A stretch of 64,000 nucleotides of DNA from an uncultured Verrucomicrobiae bacterium (GCA_963769025.1 CAVYKI010000009.1:992001-1056000), one strand, 5' to 3'; counted from the first letter of the stretch, positions 41,073 to 51,961 are shown. Notes: generated by a model from the letters alone, not told the origin. Numbers and translations: made by a program.

Positions 41073-41607
41073 ATGAAACGCGCGGTGTTCCTAGACCGCG
41101 ATGGCGTGATCAACCGCCCCGTCGTCCGCGACGGCAAACCGTATCCACCAGTACGCGTGGAGGAATTTGAACTGCTGCCGGGCGTCGCCGATGCCTGCGT
41201 AAGGCTGAAAACTGCGGGCTTTCTCCTCGTCGTCGCGACGAACCAGCCGGACGTCGGACGCGGCACGCTCGCGCGCGAAGACGGTCGAGGCCATCCACGC
41301 GAAGATGTGCGCAGCGCTGCCGTTGGATCGCGTTGAAGTCTGCTACGATCCCGGCCATGGCGTGCCGAGCGAGTTCCGCAAACCAGCCCCGGGCATGCTG
41401 CTGAGCGCCGCACGCGAACTCGGCATCGACCTGCGCCAGAGCTGGATGGTCGGCGACCGCTGGCGGGACATTGATTGCGGCGCCGCGGCCGGATGCCGGG
41501 CCATCTTCGTGGACCACGGCTACGACGAAAAGCTGAAGGCTCGTCCGGATTTCACCGTCCGGAGTCTCTCCGAGGCCGCGGAGGTAATCCTCGCGCAAGC
41601 GTCATGA
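41073..41607 (+). CDS. gmhB: D,D-heptose-1,7-bisphosphate phosphatase (HAD), frameshift at about 41280
   Basis: FLDRDGVIN, TNQ, RKPAPGML, MVGDRWRDI. Confidence 0.85.
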
Positions 41608-41896
41608 GCGCCTGAATACTGCCTGGGGCTGTTCCCATCCCGCCCTTCCGCTGATGAATGCGGGATCAAACTGGCCGTGTAGCACAACCCGCTCACTTCC
41701 TGCGCAGATTTCCACCTTATTGCCTTGGCAATATCTGAGGCCGCTTGGCAATGTGCTGGGACTTGAGGGAAACACTTGGCCTCTCGGCATTGCGCGCACC
41801 CCTCCATTCACCGCAAGCGCCGGGTGACGCAGGACCTTCGATTGGCGCAAAACTAATGCCCATATCGCCATGGGCTCAGTAACAGACCTAACACCT

Positions 41897-42421
41897 ATGA
41901 AAATCCACACCTCGTTCAAAGCAACCATCCAAGCCGCATTCCTTCTCGCCGCCTGCCTGTTTTACTCCGTCCCGGCTTTTGCCAAGGAAATCAAGCTGCC
42001 GAACGACGAGTTTGCCATCGCCTCCATCACCATCCCAGGGAGTTGGAAGCCGGAAGCCGTCGAGCATGGCGTCGAGGCAGAGAGCGCCGACGGCGCGATC
42101 TACATGTCAGTCGTCGCAGCCGGCAGCGAAAAGGGACTCAAGGCAGACATCGACACCACTTTCGAGATGCTCGCCGAACACAAGGTGAAAATCGATGAGT
42201 CGTCCAAGAAGGAAGGCAAAGGCAAAATCAATGAGTTCGAAACCAGCAGTCTGACGTTCAAAGGCACTGACGAAGACGGCGCCTGCACCGTCGCCATCAT
42301 TTTCGTCCCGATTAAGAAAAAGGTACTCATCATGACATTCTGGTTCTCAGACGAAGGAGCGGACAAGCATTCCAAGGAAATGGACAAGATCCTCGCCAGC
42401 TTGAAGGCCGTCTCCGAGTAG
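41897..42421 (+). CDS. Hypothetical secreted Lys/Glu-rich protein
   Basis: Signal peptide ending AFA; ITIPGSWK; more A-rich than the flanks. Confidence 0.7.
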   Translation: MKIHTSFKATIQAAFLLAACLFYSVPAFAKEIKLPNDEFAIASITIPGSWKPEAVEHGVEAESADGAIYMSVVAAGSEKGLKADIDTTFEMLAEHKVKIDESSKKEGKGKINEFETSSLTFKGTDEDGACTVAIIFVPIKKKVLIMTFWFSDEGADKHSKEMDKILASLKAVSE

Positions 42422-43045
42422 GCCTGTCTCCCGACAGCGGGCAGACTTCGGGCCAACATCACGCATTGGAGTACACCAAGCCTCATGGAGTTGGGTTGAA
42501 AGAAGGACCTGTGCTTGGTAAGTACATCCCGACATTAGGCTCTGCACGGCCCACAAATCTGACCAAAAGAATGCACATCCCAGCTACCTCACCAACGAGA
42601 AGCGGGCGTCCTGCGTACGCCATTATCGATTAGCGGATGCGGCTCGTACCGATCGCCCTCCGGCACTTCGGGAAAAGCGCGACTCCCAAGGCGAAGGAGC
42701 ACGGCAGCTTTCTGCAGTGATCACGATTCAATGCCGAAAGTCCGATCAGCATTCGCGTGGCTGGAATTCATGCGCGGCACTTTGTCGGCGGGGTGGGAAA
42801 AATTGTCATTCAGGATATCTTCCACCACAGGGTCTGCCGCGGACGGCTGTAGCCTCGAACTTGGTCGAACTTGATCGAGTTCAGCAGCTGCGCCTGGTGG
42901 GTGATCCCTTGGTCAGTTGGCTTCAGGGCATTGCTTTTTGATTGGCTTTGTATTGGGGAGAGTCACCAAGAGGCGCAATCGTGATTTGCAGCTTCTTCAA
43001 CCCGGGATACCGCGCGTCCTGGACCTAGATGTGGAGGCTCTACAG

Positions 43046-43966
43046 CTAGGCCTTCGCCTTCACCGCGAGGGTGACCTGCTCGCCTTCGCGTGCAGATTCG
43101 ACGCGCATCCCGCTCCCCATTGCGATCCGTTTCGCCTTTTGCAGCATCCGATCGAGGAATTCATCGTCGTGCGAAGGATCGTGGTGAAACAGGTGGAGCC
43201 GCTTTACCCGCGCATCCCGTGCGAGCCGGACGGAGTCCTCCATGCAGCTGTGCCCCCACCCTTCGCGGCCGCGGTATTCCTCCGTGGTGTACTGCGAATC
43301 GAGGATCACGAGATCCGCCTCGTGGATCAACTGCGCAACCGCCACCGCTTCCGGTCCGGCGTTCGCGCCGTCCACCTCGTGATCAGGGATGAAGCAGATG
43401 CTGCCCGCGCTCGTGTCCAAACGGTAGCCATGGCAAATCCCAGGGTGCTTGGTCCGGCACGCGCTCACCCGGACATTTCCGATCTGAAGCCCCTCCAGAC
43501 CCAACTCCTCAAACACGACACCAACCGGCATCTGGGCGAGGGCGACGGGGAAATACGGAGCCTCCATCTGGCCGGCGAAGATCTCTTGGAGTCCGCGCCG
43601 GACATCCGAAAAGCCGCGGACATGAATCCGGTTCCATTCCTCGTACGCGGGTGCAAAAAACGGGAACCCTTGGATGTGATCCCAGTGCGTATGGGTGATG
43701 AGGATCGTCAAATCGAGCGGCAGGCCGCGAAATTCCGCGGCAAGCGAAATGCCAAGCGGGCGCAGGCCACTCCCCGCGTCGAAGATGATGATCTGCCCGT
43801 CAGCGCGCACCTCCACGCACGAAGTGTTGCCGCCGTACCGCACCGTCTGCGGTCCCGGCACCGGGATGCTGCCGCGCACACCCCAAAACCGGACCTTCGC
43901 CGGTTCATGATTGGCGGCACGCTTCATCGGGGTCTTTGGGCTGTGCGACATGTGGGTCGGAGGCAT
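43046..43966 (-). CDS. MBL-fold metallo-hydrolase (start uncertain)
   Basis: FWGVRGSIP, YGGNTSC, DAGSG, THTHWDH, WGHS, HHDP. Confidence 0.85.
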   Translation of the reverse strand: MPPTHMSHSPKTPMKRAANHEPAKVRFWGVRGSIPVPGPQTVRYGGNTSCVEVRADGQIIIFDAGSGLRPLGISLAAEFRGLPLDLTILITHTHWDHIQGFPFFAPAYEEWNRIHVRGFSDVRRGLQEIFAGQMEAPYFPVALAQMPVGVVFEELGLEGLQIGNVRVSACRTKHPGICHGYRLDTSAGSICFIPDHEVDGANAGPEAVAVAQLIHEADLVILDSQYTTEEYRGREGWGHSCMEDSVRLARDARVKRLHLFHHDPSHDDEFLDRMLQKAKRIAMGSGMRVESAREGEQVTLAVKAKA

Positions 43967-44046
43967 CCTCTTCGCTCATCCCGGGGATCGCAAGCCAGCC
44001 AAGCGGCAAGCTTGCCCGGTCGCGCCCGGACGCCATACTCGCGCGC

Positions 44047-44481
44047 ATGAGCGCTCCAGGTCCCCGCAGCCCACACGACAAGGTCAGCGGTCTGGTCTAT
44101 TTCGGTCGCATGCTCGACAAGATCCGCCTGCACCAGCGCGAGGAACTGGCAACCGAACTCCACGCGAATCTGGGCGAGGGCTTCGACAAGACATGCGCGC
44201 AGTTTCTCGGCGTCCCGTATTCGGATATCGTCGGGCACGTCAAAGGCGGCGCGTCCGACGAGGAAACGCTTGCGTGGTGCCGCTCGCGCGGACGCCCGTT
44301 CACGGATGACGACGCATTGGTATGGAGCGAGTTCATGCGGAAACGGGGGTGGAATGATCTCCTCAGTGAGCGTCTCAAGCAGCGCAAGGCTGAGAGCGGT
44401 TTGTCGAGCCGCGACGACATCCAGACGATGTTCGACTACATCGACGCCGACGAGGGGCGTCCGCTGCGTCCGCAGCCCTAG
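44047..44481 (+). CDS. DUF5069-like protein
   Basis: PRSP...GLVYFGRMLDKIRL, FD..C..FLGV.Y, FDYIDADEGR. Confidence 0.75.
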   Translation: MSAPGPRSPHDKVSGLVYFGRMLDKIRLHQREELATELHANLGEGFDKTCAQFLGVPYSDIVGHVKGGASDEETLAWCRSRGRPFTDDDALVWSEFMRKRGWNDLLSERLKQRKAESGLSSRDDIQTMFDYIDADEGRPLRPQP

Positions 44482-44978
44482 CTGCCGCTCTCGGCAGGCT
44501 GCTTCGCCGAGTCAGGCGCCGACGGGAGCGAACGAACCTGATCGGATGCCGCGCCGCCGAAAAATCGCTGGAACAAGGTGCGGGAAGCGGCCTTGCCGGC
44601 CTCCTCCTCGCAGAGTTCCTGCCACGCGGCCTGCTTCGCCTGCTCCCACGGCGAGGCAAAACCCGGCGCCGCGACCGTCATTTTCTTCTCGGCCCGCGCA
44701 AAGATCTCGAGCTCGCGCGCAAGCTTCTGCTCCGGCTGGGCGCTCAGATTCTGCACCTTGATCCGCAGGTTCTCGTTCTCCTTCCGCAACGAATCGAGTT
44801 CGCCCTTTTGCTTCGAGACGGCTGCCGCATCGATCTCCATCTTGTCGCTCAACATGCGGCGGTAGCGCGTGTATTCGCCTTTCACGCGGAGAAGATGGTA
44901 AAGCGCGAGGAGGAGGAGGACCGCGAGCAGGACGCAACCGGCGCCGAGTGTCGCGGGGTGGAGGAGGAAATCTTTCAT
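44478..44978 (-). CDS. Hypothetical single-TM coiled-coil protein
   Basis: N-terminal TM helix; LRKENENLRIKV coiled coil; APGFASPWE. Confidence 0.7.
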   Translation of the reverse strand: MKDFLLHPATLGAGCVLLAVLLLLALYHLLRVKGEYTRYRRMLSDKMEIDAAAVSKQKGELDSLRKENENLRIKVQNLSAQPEQKLARELEIFARAEKKMTVAAPGFASPWEQAKQAAWQELCEEEAGKAASRTLFQRFFGGAASDQVRSLPSAPDSAKQPAESGS

Positions 44979-45013
44979 TGTGGAGATGGGCGTTTGAGGC
45001 GCGCAGGCGTTCG

Positions 45014-45406
45014 CTACGCGAACATTTCTTCAAAACGGGAGAGCACGCCGGCCTCCGAGCGGATGATATTGTTCAGCTCATCGAGAATCGCCACGCGCGG
45101 CCGGTGATGCGCGGCTTCCTCGGCGGTCATCTGCGCGAAATTCATGATCGTCAGCCTGTCGCCGATCGCACCGAGATGCGCAGTCGCACCGTTCAACTCG
45201 ATGACGCCCGAGCCGCGGGGACCATAGATCACATAGGTCTCGAAGCGCGCCCCATTCGCCATGTTGCTCACGAGGATGCGCTCATAGCGGAGGAGACCGA
45301 CGCACTCCGCGATGTCCTCGGAGATCGTCATGCTTCCTTGGTAATCCACACTCGCCCCGGTAACGGTTGCGCGGTGAAGTTTTGATTTCAGCAAGGTCAG
45401 CTGCAT
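45014..45406 (-). CDS. panD: Aspartate 1-decarboxylase
   Basis: LKSKLHRATVT, YQGS cleavage site, NGARFETYVI, LNGA. Confidence 0.93.
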   Translation of the reverse strand: MQLTLLKSKLHRATVTGASVDYQGSMTISEDIAECVGLLRYERILVSNMANGARFETYVIYGPRGSGVIELNGATAHLGAIGDRLTIMNFAQMTAEEAAHHRPRVAILDELNNIIRSEAGVLSRFEEMFA

Positions 45407-45462
45407 TGCGCGGAAATCATGGAGGGAATCGCCGGGAATTGCAAGGAACCCCTCGTGTTGGG

Positions 45463-46641
45463 TCAAATCTCGGGCTTGTAAGTCCGGCCTTTCCACGAGA
45501 CGCCGCGTCCCGTCGAGAGGCGCCAGCTATTGAGGCCGATCAACATCAACAACAGGAAACCGAGCGGATGCAGCAGTGCTCCGATCCGGCTCGTGCGAAA
45601 GCGGGCGGCGAGGAGCAAGCGGATAAGAAAAATGATCGCGATCTGCAAACCCGCGACCCATCGCAAAGGCGGCGGCACAAGGAACACCGCGACGAACGGC
45701 CAGAAAAAACACGCCGCCTGAAGACCGCCGAACAGCCAGAACGTGATTCCGCGATCGTCGAACGCCGCGCGGATGTTCTTCGTGAAGCCCTCCCAAGTTT
45801 CCGCGAACGAGCGATACATCCGCACCGTGGAAAACTGGAGTGCGTCGCAGTTAAAGAGTCGCTCTCCCTCGGGAACATGCTCCGCGACCTGCCGGCCCAG
45901 CGTCACGTCTTCCACGACATGTGCGCGGACGCCGTCGTGGCCGCCGATGCGTTCGTAGGTCCGCCGGGCAAAAAACATGAACTGTCCGTTTGCGACGCCC
46001 ATGCCGCGCGGGTCACGCCCCCGTACGCGTTCGGGCTTTTCCTGAATCCAGCGCTGCAACCAGAGCGGGCAAAATGAAAACCCCACGAGGAGGATGACCG
46101 GCACGATCAGTTTCTCGCCCGGTGTGACCGTCACGAGCCTCGGCCAGGCGGAGACGAGACCCGCTCGGTTCCGCTGCGCATACGCCACGGCGGCGGTCAC
46201 CGTCCCCGGCGCATGCTCCGTATCCGCATCAGTGAAAAAGAGGAACTCGCCCCGCGCCGTCTGTGAAAGTTGATGGCAGGCCCAGTTTTTTCCCGTCCAT
46301 CCCTCCGGCAGCGGATGGCCGCGGAGCAACTGCGAACGAATGCCCGCAGGCCGTGCTGCCTCAATCAGCCGCTCCACGATCGCCCCCGTGTCGTCCTCGG
46401 AATGATCGTCCAGCACGAGGACTTCGCAGTTCGGGTAATCCTGCCGCAACAGCGAACCGACGCAGGCCTCGATGCTGCGCTGCTCGTTTCGCGCCGGGAC
46501 GAGGATGGACACCAGCGGCGGGCTTTCCGGCGGCTCAGCCGGGCGCAGGCCGTCAAACGAGCGGAGGTTTGCGAGCACGTTTGCGAGAATGAGCAGCAGA
46601 CAGCCCACGATCAGCCACTGGTAGATTGTGTGCGCGAGCAT
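45463..46641 (-). CDS. GT2 glycosyltransferase (CrtQ/HpnB-like)
   Basis: PARNE, DDHSED, GWTGKNWACHQL, FTDAD, NGQF, ED, RMY; N- and C-terminal TM helices. Confidence 0.8.
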   Translation of the reverse strand: MLAHTIYQWLIVGCLLLILANVLANLRSFDGLRPAEPPESPPLVSILVPARNEQRSIEACVGSLLRQDYPNCEVLVLDDHSEDDTGAIVERLIEAARPAGIRSQLLRGHPLPEGWTGKNWACHQLSQTARGEFLFFTDADTEHAPGTVTAAVAYAQRNRAGLVSAWPRLVTVTPGEKLIVPVILLVGFSFCPLWLQRWIQEKPERVRGRDPRGMGVANGQFMFFARRTYERIGGHDGVRAHVVEDVTLGRQVAEHVPEGERLFNCDALQFSTVRMYRSFAETWEGFTKNIRAAFDDRGITFWLFGGLQAACFFWPFVAVFLVPPPLRWVAGLQIAIIFLIRLLLAARFRTSRIGALLHPLGFLLLMLIGLNSWRLSTGRGVSWKGRTYKPEI

Positions 46642-46728
46642 GCGCGCGGAACGGAACCGATCCGCCGGCCGGTTGGCAAGCACCGTGGAAGTTGCCACTC
46701 CGCAATTTCGCACGTAAATGAACCGTGA

Positions 46729-47868
46729 ATGCACAGCACCGAGGAAATCCTGAACACTGACCGGCCATCCACCGTGCTTCGGAAGTTCGCGTCCCTGCTG
46801 GAACCGAAAAGCGACGCGGAACTCGAGGCGATGGCGCGCGAATCGGCGCTGCTCACACGGCGCAATTTTGGCAAGGTCATCCGCCTTTTTGCGCCGCTCT
46901 ACCTTTCCAACGAGTGCATCAACTCGTGCACCTACTGCGGATTTTCCCGCGACAACGCGATCCTCCGCGTGACGCTGGAAATCAAAAGCGTGCTCGCCGA
47001 GGCGCGCCATCTCGCCGCGGAAGGTTTCCGCAACATCCTGCTCGTCGCGGGCGAGCATCCGAAATTCGTGTCGAACGGCTACCTGGAGGCGTGCATCCGC
47101 GCCCTCGCGCCGGAGATTCCGACGCTCGCCCTCGAAGTCGCGCCGATGGAGACGGCGGACTACATCCCGCTCGTGCGCGCGGGCGCCGAGGGGCTCATCG
47201 TGTACCAGGAGACGTACGATCGCGCGACTTACGCCGAACTGCACACCGCGGGGCCGAAGCGCGACTTCGACTGGCGGCTCGCGTGCCCCGAGCGCGCGTA
47301 TGACGCCGGCTTCCGCCGCATCGGCATCGGTGCGCTCTTCGGCTTGTGCGATTGGAAAGGCGAAGCGCTCGCGCTCGCCGCGCATCTCGACCATTTGCTG
47401 CGCCGCTGCTGGAAGGCGCAGTTCACCGTGAGTCTTCCGCGCCTGCGACCTTGCGCGGGCGAGTTCACGCCACGGCATTCGCTGCCGGACCGCGAGTTCG
47501 TCCAGCTCGTCACGGCGCTGCGCATCTGCTTTCCGCATGTAGGCATCGTCCTCAGCACCCGGGAGCCTGCGGCGCTGCGCGACGCGCTGTTGCCGCTCGG
47601 CATCACGATGATGAGCGCCGGCAGCCACACCGAGCCGGGTGGCTACACGGGCGAGGGAAAGGACGACCTCCACCTCACCATCCGCGGCCGCCGCCAGGAA
47701 ATCGTTCCGGCTCTCCCCTCTCCCGACGGTTGCGATCACGATCAGTCCGCGACCAGCCAGTTTGAGATCTCCGACACGCGCTCGGCGTCGGAAATCGCGG
47801 ATCTGCTGCGGAGGCGGGGATTCGAAGCCGTGTGGAAGGACTGGGACCAGGCCATCGCCGCGCATTGA
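46729..47868 (+). CDS. thiH: 2-iminoacetate synthase (radical SAM)
   Basis: FAPLYLSNECINSCTYCGF, YQETY, SLPRLRP, LSTRE, SAGSHTEPGGY, QFEISD, WKDWD. Confidence 0.92.
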   Translation: MHSTEEILNTDRPSTVLRKFASLLEPKSDAELEAMARESALLTRRNFGKVIRLFAPLYLSNECINSCTYCGFSRDNAILRVTLEIKSVLAEARHLAAEGFRNILLVAGEHPKFVSNGYLEACIRALAPEIPTLALEVAPMETADYIPLVRAGAEGLIVYQETYDRATYAELHTAGPKRDFDWRLACPERAYDAGFRRIGIGALFGLCDWKGEALALAAHLDHLLRRCWKAQFTVSLPRLRPCAGEFTPRHSLPDREFVQLVTALRICFPHVGIVLSTREPAALRDALLPLGITMMSAGSHTEPGGYTGEGKDDLHLTIRGRRQEIVPALPSPDGCDHDQSATSQFEISDTRSASEIADLLRRRGFEAVWKDWDQAIAAH

Positions 47869-48065
47869 AAAGGATCACCGTCAACGGCCAGGCGCGCGAG
47901 ACCGCAGCCGAAAATGTCGCGGCGCTGATCGCCGAACTGGGCTTTGCGAAAGGCACCGTGCTCGTCGAGCACAACGGCACCGCGCTGCGTCCCGCCGAAT
48001 GGAACGGATGCCCGCTCAACACCGGCGATCACATCGAACTCCTCCGCCTCGCAGCCGGCGGATGA
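47865..48065 (+). CDS. thiS: Sulfur carrier protein ThiS
   Basis: ITVNG, VEHNG, GDHIE, C-terminal GG; TTG start overlaps the thiH stop. Confidence 0.85.
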   Translation: MKRITVNGQARETAAENVAALIAELGFAKGTVLVEHNGTALRPAEWNGCPLNTGDHIELLRLAAGG

Positions 48066-48072
48066 CTGCGGA

Positions 48073-48735
48073 TCACGTCGCACGCGAGCCCGCCACCACC
48101 ACGAACTCGGCACGGTAAAGCCCCGCGGCATTTTCCTCGTGCCGCTCGACGGCGGTGCCGAGCAACCGGCGGAACATTTCCATCTCCAACCGCGCGACGA
48201 CCGGATAGGCGCGCAGCACATCGAGAAACGGGCAGTGATGCTCGATGATGGAAATGCGACCATCGCCCCCCTTTTCCACCACGGCCATGTGGCCCGCAGC
48301 GTCACGGGAATTCGCGAGAGCCGCTGCGCGTGTCTCCGGGTCCGGACCCTGCACTTTCTCCTCAAGGGCGGCCGCCTTTTGCTGCCACACGAGCATGAGC
48401 AATTTTTCCGCCGCTGCGGGCCCGAAGAGCTTCTTCGCTGCGTCGAGCAGTTCGAGCGTGAGAGGATTGCTCGCGGCGGGAAAGAGATCGTTCGCGCGCT
48501 CGGTGAGACGGTAGAGGATGCGCGGGCGCCCCGTGTTGCCCTCGGGGCGCGGCTCGCGGCGCCCGTCGAGCAGTCCGCGCGCCTGCAGGTCCATGCAGAG
48601 GTCCTTGATGCCCATGTACGACATGCCGAGGTGGTCGGCGAGCTCCTGCACACTGAGTCCTTGCGTGCGCTTGAGGACATTCAGCACACGGAGGCGCGCG
48701 GAACGGGCGACGGCGGCTATCAGCTTCTGCGACAT
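48073..48735 (-). CDS. Winged-helix transcriptional regulator (SufR-like)
   Basis: HTH LSVQELADHLGMSYMGI, GRPRILYRLT, EHHCP, LE.EMF. Confidence 0.75.
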   Translation of the reverse strand: MSQKLIAAVARSARLRVLNVLKRTQGLSVQELADHLGMSYMGIKDLCMDLQARGLLDGRREPRPEGNTGRPRILYRLTERANDLFPAASNPLTLELLDAAKKLFGPAAAEKLLMLVWQQKAAALEEKVQGPDPETRAAALANSRDAAGHMAVVEKGGDGRISIIEHHCPFLDVLRAYPVVARLEMEMFRRLLGTAVERHEENAAGLYRAEFVVVAGSRAT

Positions 48736-48792
48736 CGGCGGGCAGCGTCGCTTTTTGAAAGGCGGACGTCCAACCCGGAATCGCGCCTCGCG

Positions 48793-49761
<969 letters not shown>

Positions 49762-49773
49762 CCCGCACGCCGC

Positions 49774-50199
49774 CTAGCGGAATCCGTAGGCCATGCCCCA
49801 GTGCGTCCGTTCGCGCGAAGTTTTCTCGACTTCGACGATCACGTAATATGTTCCCGAACGCTTTGGCACGACGCGCGCGGCGGCGAGCTGTCCCTTCTGC
49901 CAAGACTCCACCTCGCACAGATTCCCATCGCTGTCGTAAACATGCACCGAGACACGCGCCCCCTTCACGTCCGTGCCCATCCAGAACCAGTATTCGTTGC
50001 CTTTGAAAAGCTGCTGCGTGATCGCCTTCGGCTGCGACACGGCCATGTCGCCGCCCCAGTAGTCTTCGCGCACGGTGAAGCCTTCCTTCACGTACGGCTG
50101 GGCGGCCTCGAGCGTGTAGGAGAGGGCGTCGTCCACCGTCGCCAGCGCAGGGAGCGCGGCGCAGGCGAGGAAAAGGATGATTTTAAAAAGCCGGGTCAC
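49774..50199 (-). CDS. Hypothetical secreted small beta-sandwich protein
   Basis: Signal peptide; QLFKGNEYWFW, VHVYDSDG, SGTYYV. Confidence 0.7.
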   Translation of the reverse strand: MTRLFKIILFLACAALPALATVDDALSYTLEAAQPYVKEGFTVREDYWGGDMAVSQPKAITQQLFKGNEYWFWMGTDVKGARVSVHVYDSDGNLCEVESWQKGQLAAARVVPKRSGTYYVIVEVEKTSRERTHWGMAYGFR

Positions 50200-50214
50200 A
50201 GGTGTGCGGTGAGT

Positions 50215-51015
50215 TTAGCGACTATTGATTGCTTTGACCAGCCCCGCCGCGATGGAGCCTACTTCGCGGACGGACTTCGCCGAGATCTCCGACCCGTCGC
50301 GCAGGCCGAGGAGCGGGCGGATTTCCTGCAGCCCGGTCTCGATTTTGCCGATGACGGCGGCCTTCTTGTAGCGACTCTTGAGGCCGTCGAGCTGACCCGC
50401 GAAATATTCGAGCAACACCGGCTGATGGAGCAAATCCGCTCCGTCGCGCGAGTAGTCCTTGGAGACGACTTCGCAAAGCGCCTCCGTGCCGCGAAGCCAG
50501 CCTCCAAGGCTCACGAGCTGCGAGAGTTGCTCGCTGCCGAGTTCGGCCATTGCCTCCTTCACTTCGCTGAGGGCGCGGTCCAGTTCCTTGCGCACCTGTT
50601 TCCAATCTTTGTTGTTGCCGGCCTGGACGATTGCGTTCGCGCGTTTGGTCACGGCTTTGCGCACGCCCAGCGCGTCGCTGAGGCTTAGCACGCTATTGCC
50701 GATCTTTTGCACCTGATCGGCGTCCTCCGCTTCCACGGCCACAAAGCCCTCGGCGATCACAATTCCAAGGTTCAGCGCCACTTGCGCCTGCTCGCCGAAT
50801 GGCTTCGCCACGCCCTTCATCGGGCGCAGCACCTCGGCCCAGCGCGGCTTGCCCAGCTTGTCGAGCACGCCGAAAATTTCGCTCGGCACCGGCACGATCA
50901 CATCGCCGATGATCCGCGTCTGCTGCGGCAGCTTGCTGACGTCGATCTTTGGCGGTGGAGCGGCGTTCAGCGGCAGCACGGAGAGCAAAAGGGCAGGCAA
51001 AAGGGCGTGTTTCAT
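50215..51015 (-). CDS. Hypothetical secreted all-helical protein
   Basis: Signal peptide MKHALL...; VPVPSEIF, ALNLG, SLGGWLRG. Confidence 0.7.
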   Translation of the reverse strand: MKHALLPALLLSVLPLNAAPPPKIDVSKLPQQTRIIGDVIVPVPSEIFGVLDKLGKPRWAEVLRPMKGVAKPFGEQAQVALNLGIVIAEGFVAVEAEDADQVQKIGNSVLSLSDALGVRKAVTKRANAIVQAGNNKDWKQVRKELDRALSEVKEAMAELGSEQLSQLVSLGGWLRGTEALCEVVSKDYSRDGADLLHQPVLLEYFAGQLDGLKSRYKKAAVIGKIETGLQEIRPLLGLRDGSEISAKSVREVGSIAAGLVKAINSR

Positions 51016-51125
51016 CGTTTCGAGCATTCGTCCACGGGTGTGGACGTTGATCAGAACGCGGGGGCCACACGGCGGCAAGTCATCTTTTCCGCCGACGCCG
51101 GCTGGCCTGCGCTCCGAACATCGGA

Positions 51126-51827
51126 TCAATCGGTGCTGTTGGTCGCGATGGTCGTGCTTTTGAGACGGATTTTGTGCGTCCTTCCATCCCGTTCAATGGT
51201 GAAAGTCCCGCTCCATCCGGCGTCTTTGCACGGGCCGCTGAGCCACTCCACGGCACCCCTCGTGGCGTCGAAGGTGTAGGTTCCTTCGCCATAGTATTCA
51301 CCACTGCTGCGGCGCGAGATGCGATACTTGCCTCCCGCCTGCAGTTCGATATGGCCGAGATAAAGCGGCGGTCGTCCGATCGCCCCGTACGAATTGATGT
51401 TGTACTTCCCCAAGCGCGGTCCGGCACCTGCGGCAACACCCGCCGGCGCACTCGTGGAACCTCCCGGCGCAGCCGGAGCCACCGAAGGCGCTCGATTGCC
51501 CGTGCCGCCGGGCGCCGATGGTGCGGCAGGCGCGCCACCCGCAACCTTGCGAAAATAGACCGGACGCAGCCACCGGTCGTAGCTCGCGGGGTAGCCGTCG
51601 TAGTGGACCTTGAACTCGCCCTCATGCTCGCCGCCCGCCTTGCCTACTCCGATGATCACCGCCTTGTCCCACGAACCGAGTATGTTCACCTCGATTCGCT
51701 CGTTCATCTCGTATGCAGGTGCGGCGGCTGCGATCCGCGGCTGCGCCATGAGTGCGAAAATCGCAACGAGGCCAATCAGCCTCGCGGCCGACACGCACAC
51801 GATCCAATGAAATGAACGGCATTGCAT
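51126..51827 (-). CDS. Hypothetical secreted protein with Tudor/Agenet-like N-terminal domain
   Basis: Signal peptide; IEV...SWDKAVI...FKVHYDGYPASYDRWL; Pro/Ala/Gly linker; C-terminal beta domain. Confidence 0.55.
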   Translation of the reverse strand: MQCRSFHWIVCVSAARLIGLVAIFALMAQPRIAAAAPAYEMNERIEVNILGSWDKAVIIGVGKAGGEHEGEFKVHYDGYPASYDRWLRPVYFRKVAGGAPAAPSAPGGTGNRAPSVAPAAPGGSTSAPAGVAAGAGPRLGKYNINSYGAIGRPPLYLGHIELQAGGKYRISRRSSGEYYGEGTYTFDATRGAVEWLSGPCKDAGWSGTFTIERDGRTHKIRLKSTTIATNSTD

Positions 51828-51961
51828 GGCGGATGGTGGGATTTTGCCCGCGCGTAAGACAAGGCGAATGAACGCGCGGATGAGGCGCATCGGAAGGCGG
51901 ACGGTGTTCCGTCATCTTTTCCGTTGCGGACGCCCGCAATGCAGCGGCTATGCTCTGACAA

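Noticed and set aside
46642..46728. TPP riboswitch upstream of thiH
   Set aside because: The spacer is short and lacks the CUGAGA and other aptamer motifs.
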